Positions 63,097-64,000 of a stretch of DNA of 64,000 nucleotides are shown here, piece after piece. The notes below the pieces were generated by a model. It was given only the letters and a program-made list of their open reading frames with translations. It was not told where the DNA came from and did no database searches. Source of the stretch: Malacoraja senta (lineage: Eukaryota). Positions within the stretch are counted from its first letter, which is position 1, and each line of letters starts with the position of its first letter. The DNA lies in the NCBI GenBank assembly GCA_038087875.1, contig CM075990.1, positions 12,586,001-12,650,000 of the forward strand, read 5' to 3'. A program made the position numbers and the translations under genes.

Positions 63097-64000
63097 GTAA
63101 CGCTCCTCACAATCAACAGTGAATGGCTGCAGAATACTAACCCTGAGACTATCATGAGTAAGGCTACATGAAGCAGGTGGGGTGGAGCACATGACCTTAG
63201 ACTCTGTAGAGGGTCGTAACACAACCTTTCCCTCAATTCTTCTTGCCCTCTTCGACCCACAACCCTCAAGAGCGTTTTATGCCAAGAAATTCAATCACAA
63301 GTCCTGAATAAACTCAATGACTGTTCACCCATTGTCCAGCGGTTCAACATCCTCTGTTCATCCTAGGACAACCCTACACCCTAAAACAACGTATTACTGA
63401 CTCACCAGCCAGTAAAACAACCTTTAGGCACCCATCCTGTGTGAAGACCGTGGTCGTATTGTGTAAGCTCATGGCAAGAGTGGTTTTCTTGACTGCACTA
63501 AGCACCAGGATATAGCTCATCTCAGATGAATGTCACCACTGTGTGATTCCCTCAGCCGTGACTGTTGGAAGGTGTCTGTGATCCACAATCCACCCAGTGA
63601 GCAGAACACAAAGTGCTGGAGTATCTCACAGGTCAGCAGCATCTCTGGAGAACATGGACAAGGGGATATGCTTTGGGTCGGGACCTTCTTCAGACTCTGT
63701 CCTTCAGAAATGCCGCCTGAGGAAAGGTCCCAACCGGAAACGCGAGGTCGAAAGAAGAGTCCCGTCGTTGCTTATCCCTGATCTCCAGAGATGCCGCCTG
63801 ACCCGCTGACTTACTGAGGAAGGGTTGCGTCCCGAAACGTCTGATCTGAAGAAGGGTCCCGACCCAAAACGTGACCCATCCCTGTTCTCCAGAGAAACTG
63901 CCTGACCCGCTGACTTACTCCAGCACTTTTAGTCTTTTTTTAAAATTTATGTTCCAGCATCTGCGGTTCCTTGTGGCTCTGCATACCCAGCGACGGTGAC

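Overview
Eukaryotic vertebrate DNA, almost certainly from a cartilaginous fish and probably a skate or ray (inferred from the HE1-like tRNA SINEs, CR1 tails and Penelope-derived repeats). The + strand carries 13 consecutive coding exons of cadherin-23 (CDH23, 22355-63096). They splice GT-AG into one open frame of 2382 nt / 794 codons, covering the mid-to-distal extracellular cadherin repeats. In the large intron upstream of them, the - strand has a signal-peptide first exon with promoter motifs (7633-7708). This is the position where VSIR/VISTA is nested in CDH23 in mammals. Bases 1-2378, before a 200-N gap, are a second and slightly divergent copy of about 55909-58971, with a frameshifted exon and without an L2 insertion; this is most likely a haplotype false duplication. 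The introns are dense with L1, RTEX, L2, Rex, CR1, Penelope-like, SINE, Harbinger-type MITE and Helitron-like elements. The most striking unexplained signal is two unrelated ~150-nt, TSD-flanked insertions (41896-42044 and 22905-23062). Their 5' ends coincide with the predicted cleavage site of an HDV-like self-cleaving ribozyme, intact-looking in the first and degenerate in the second, which makes them candidate ribozyme-headed mini-retroposons. Many minimal hammerhead motifs from Penelope-like elements are also present. All calls are by eye; nothing was computed or searched.
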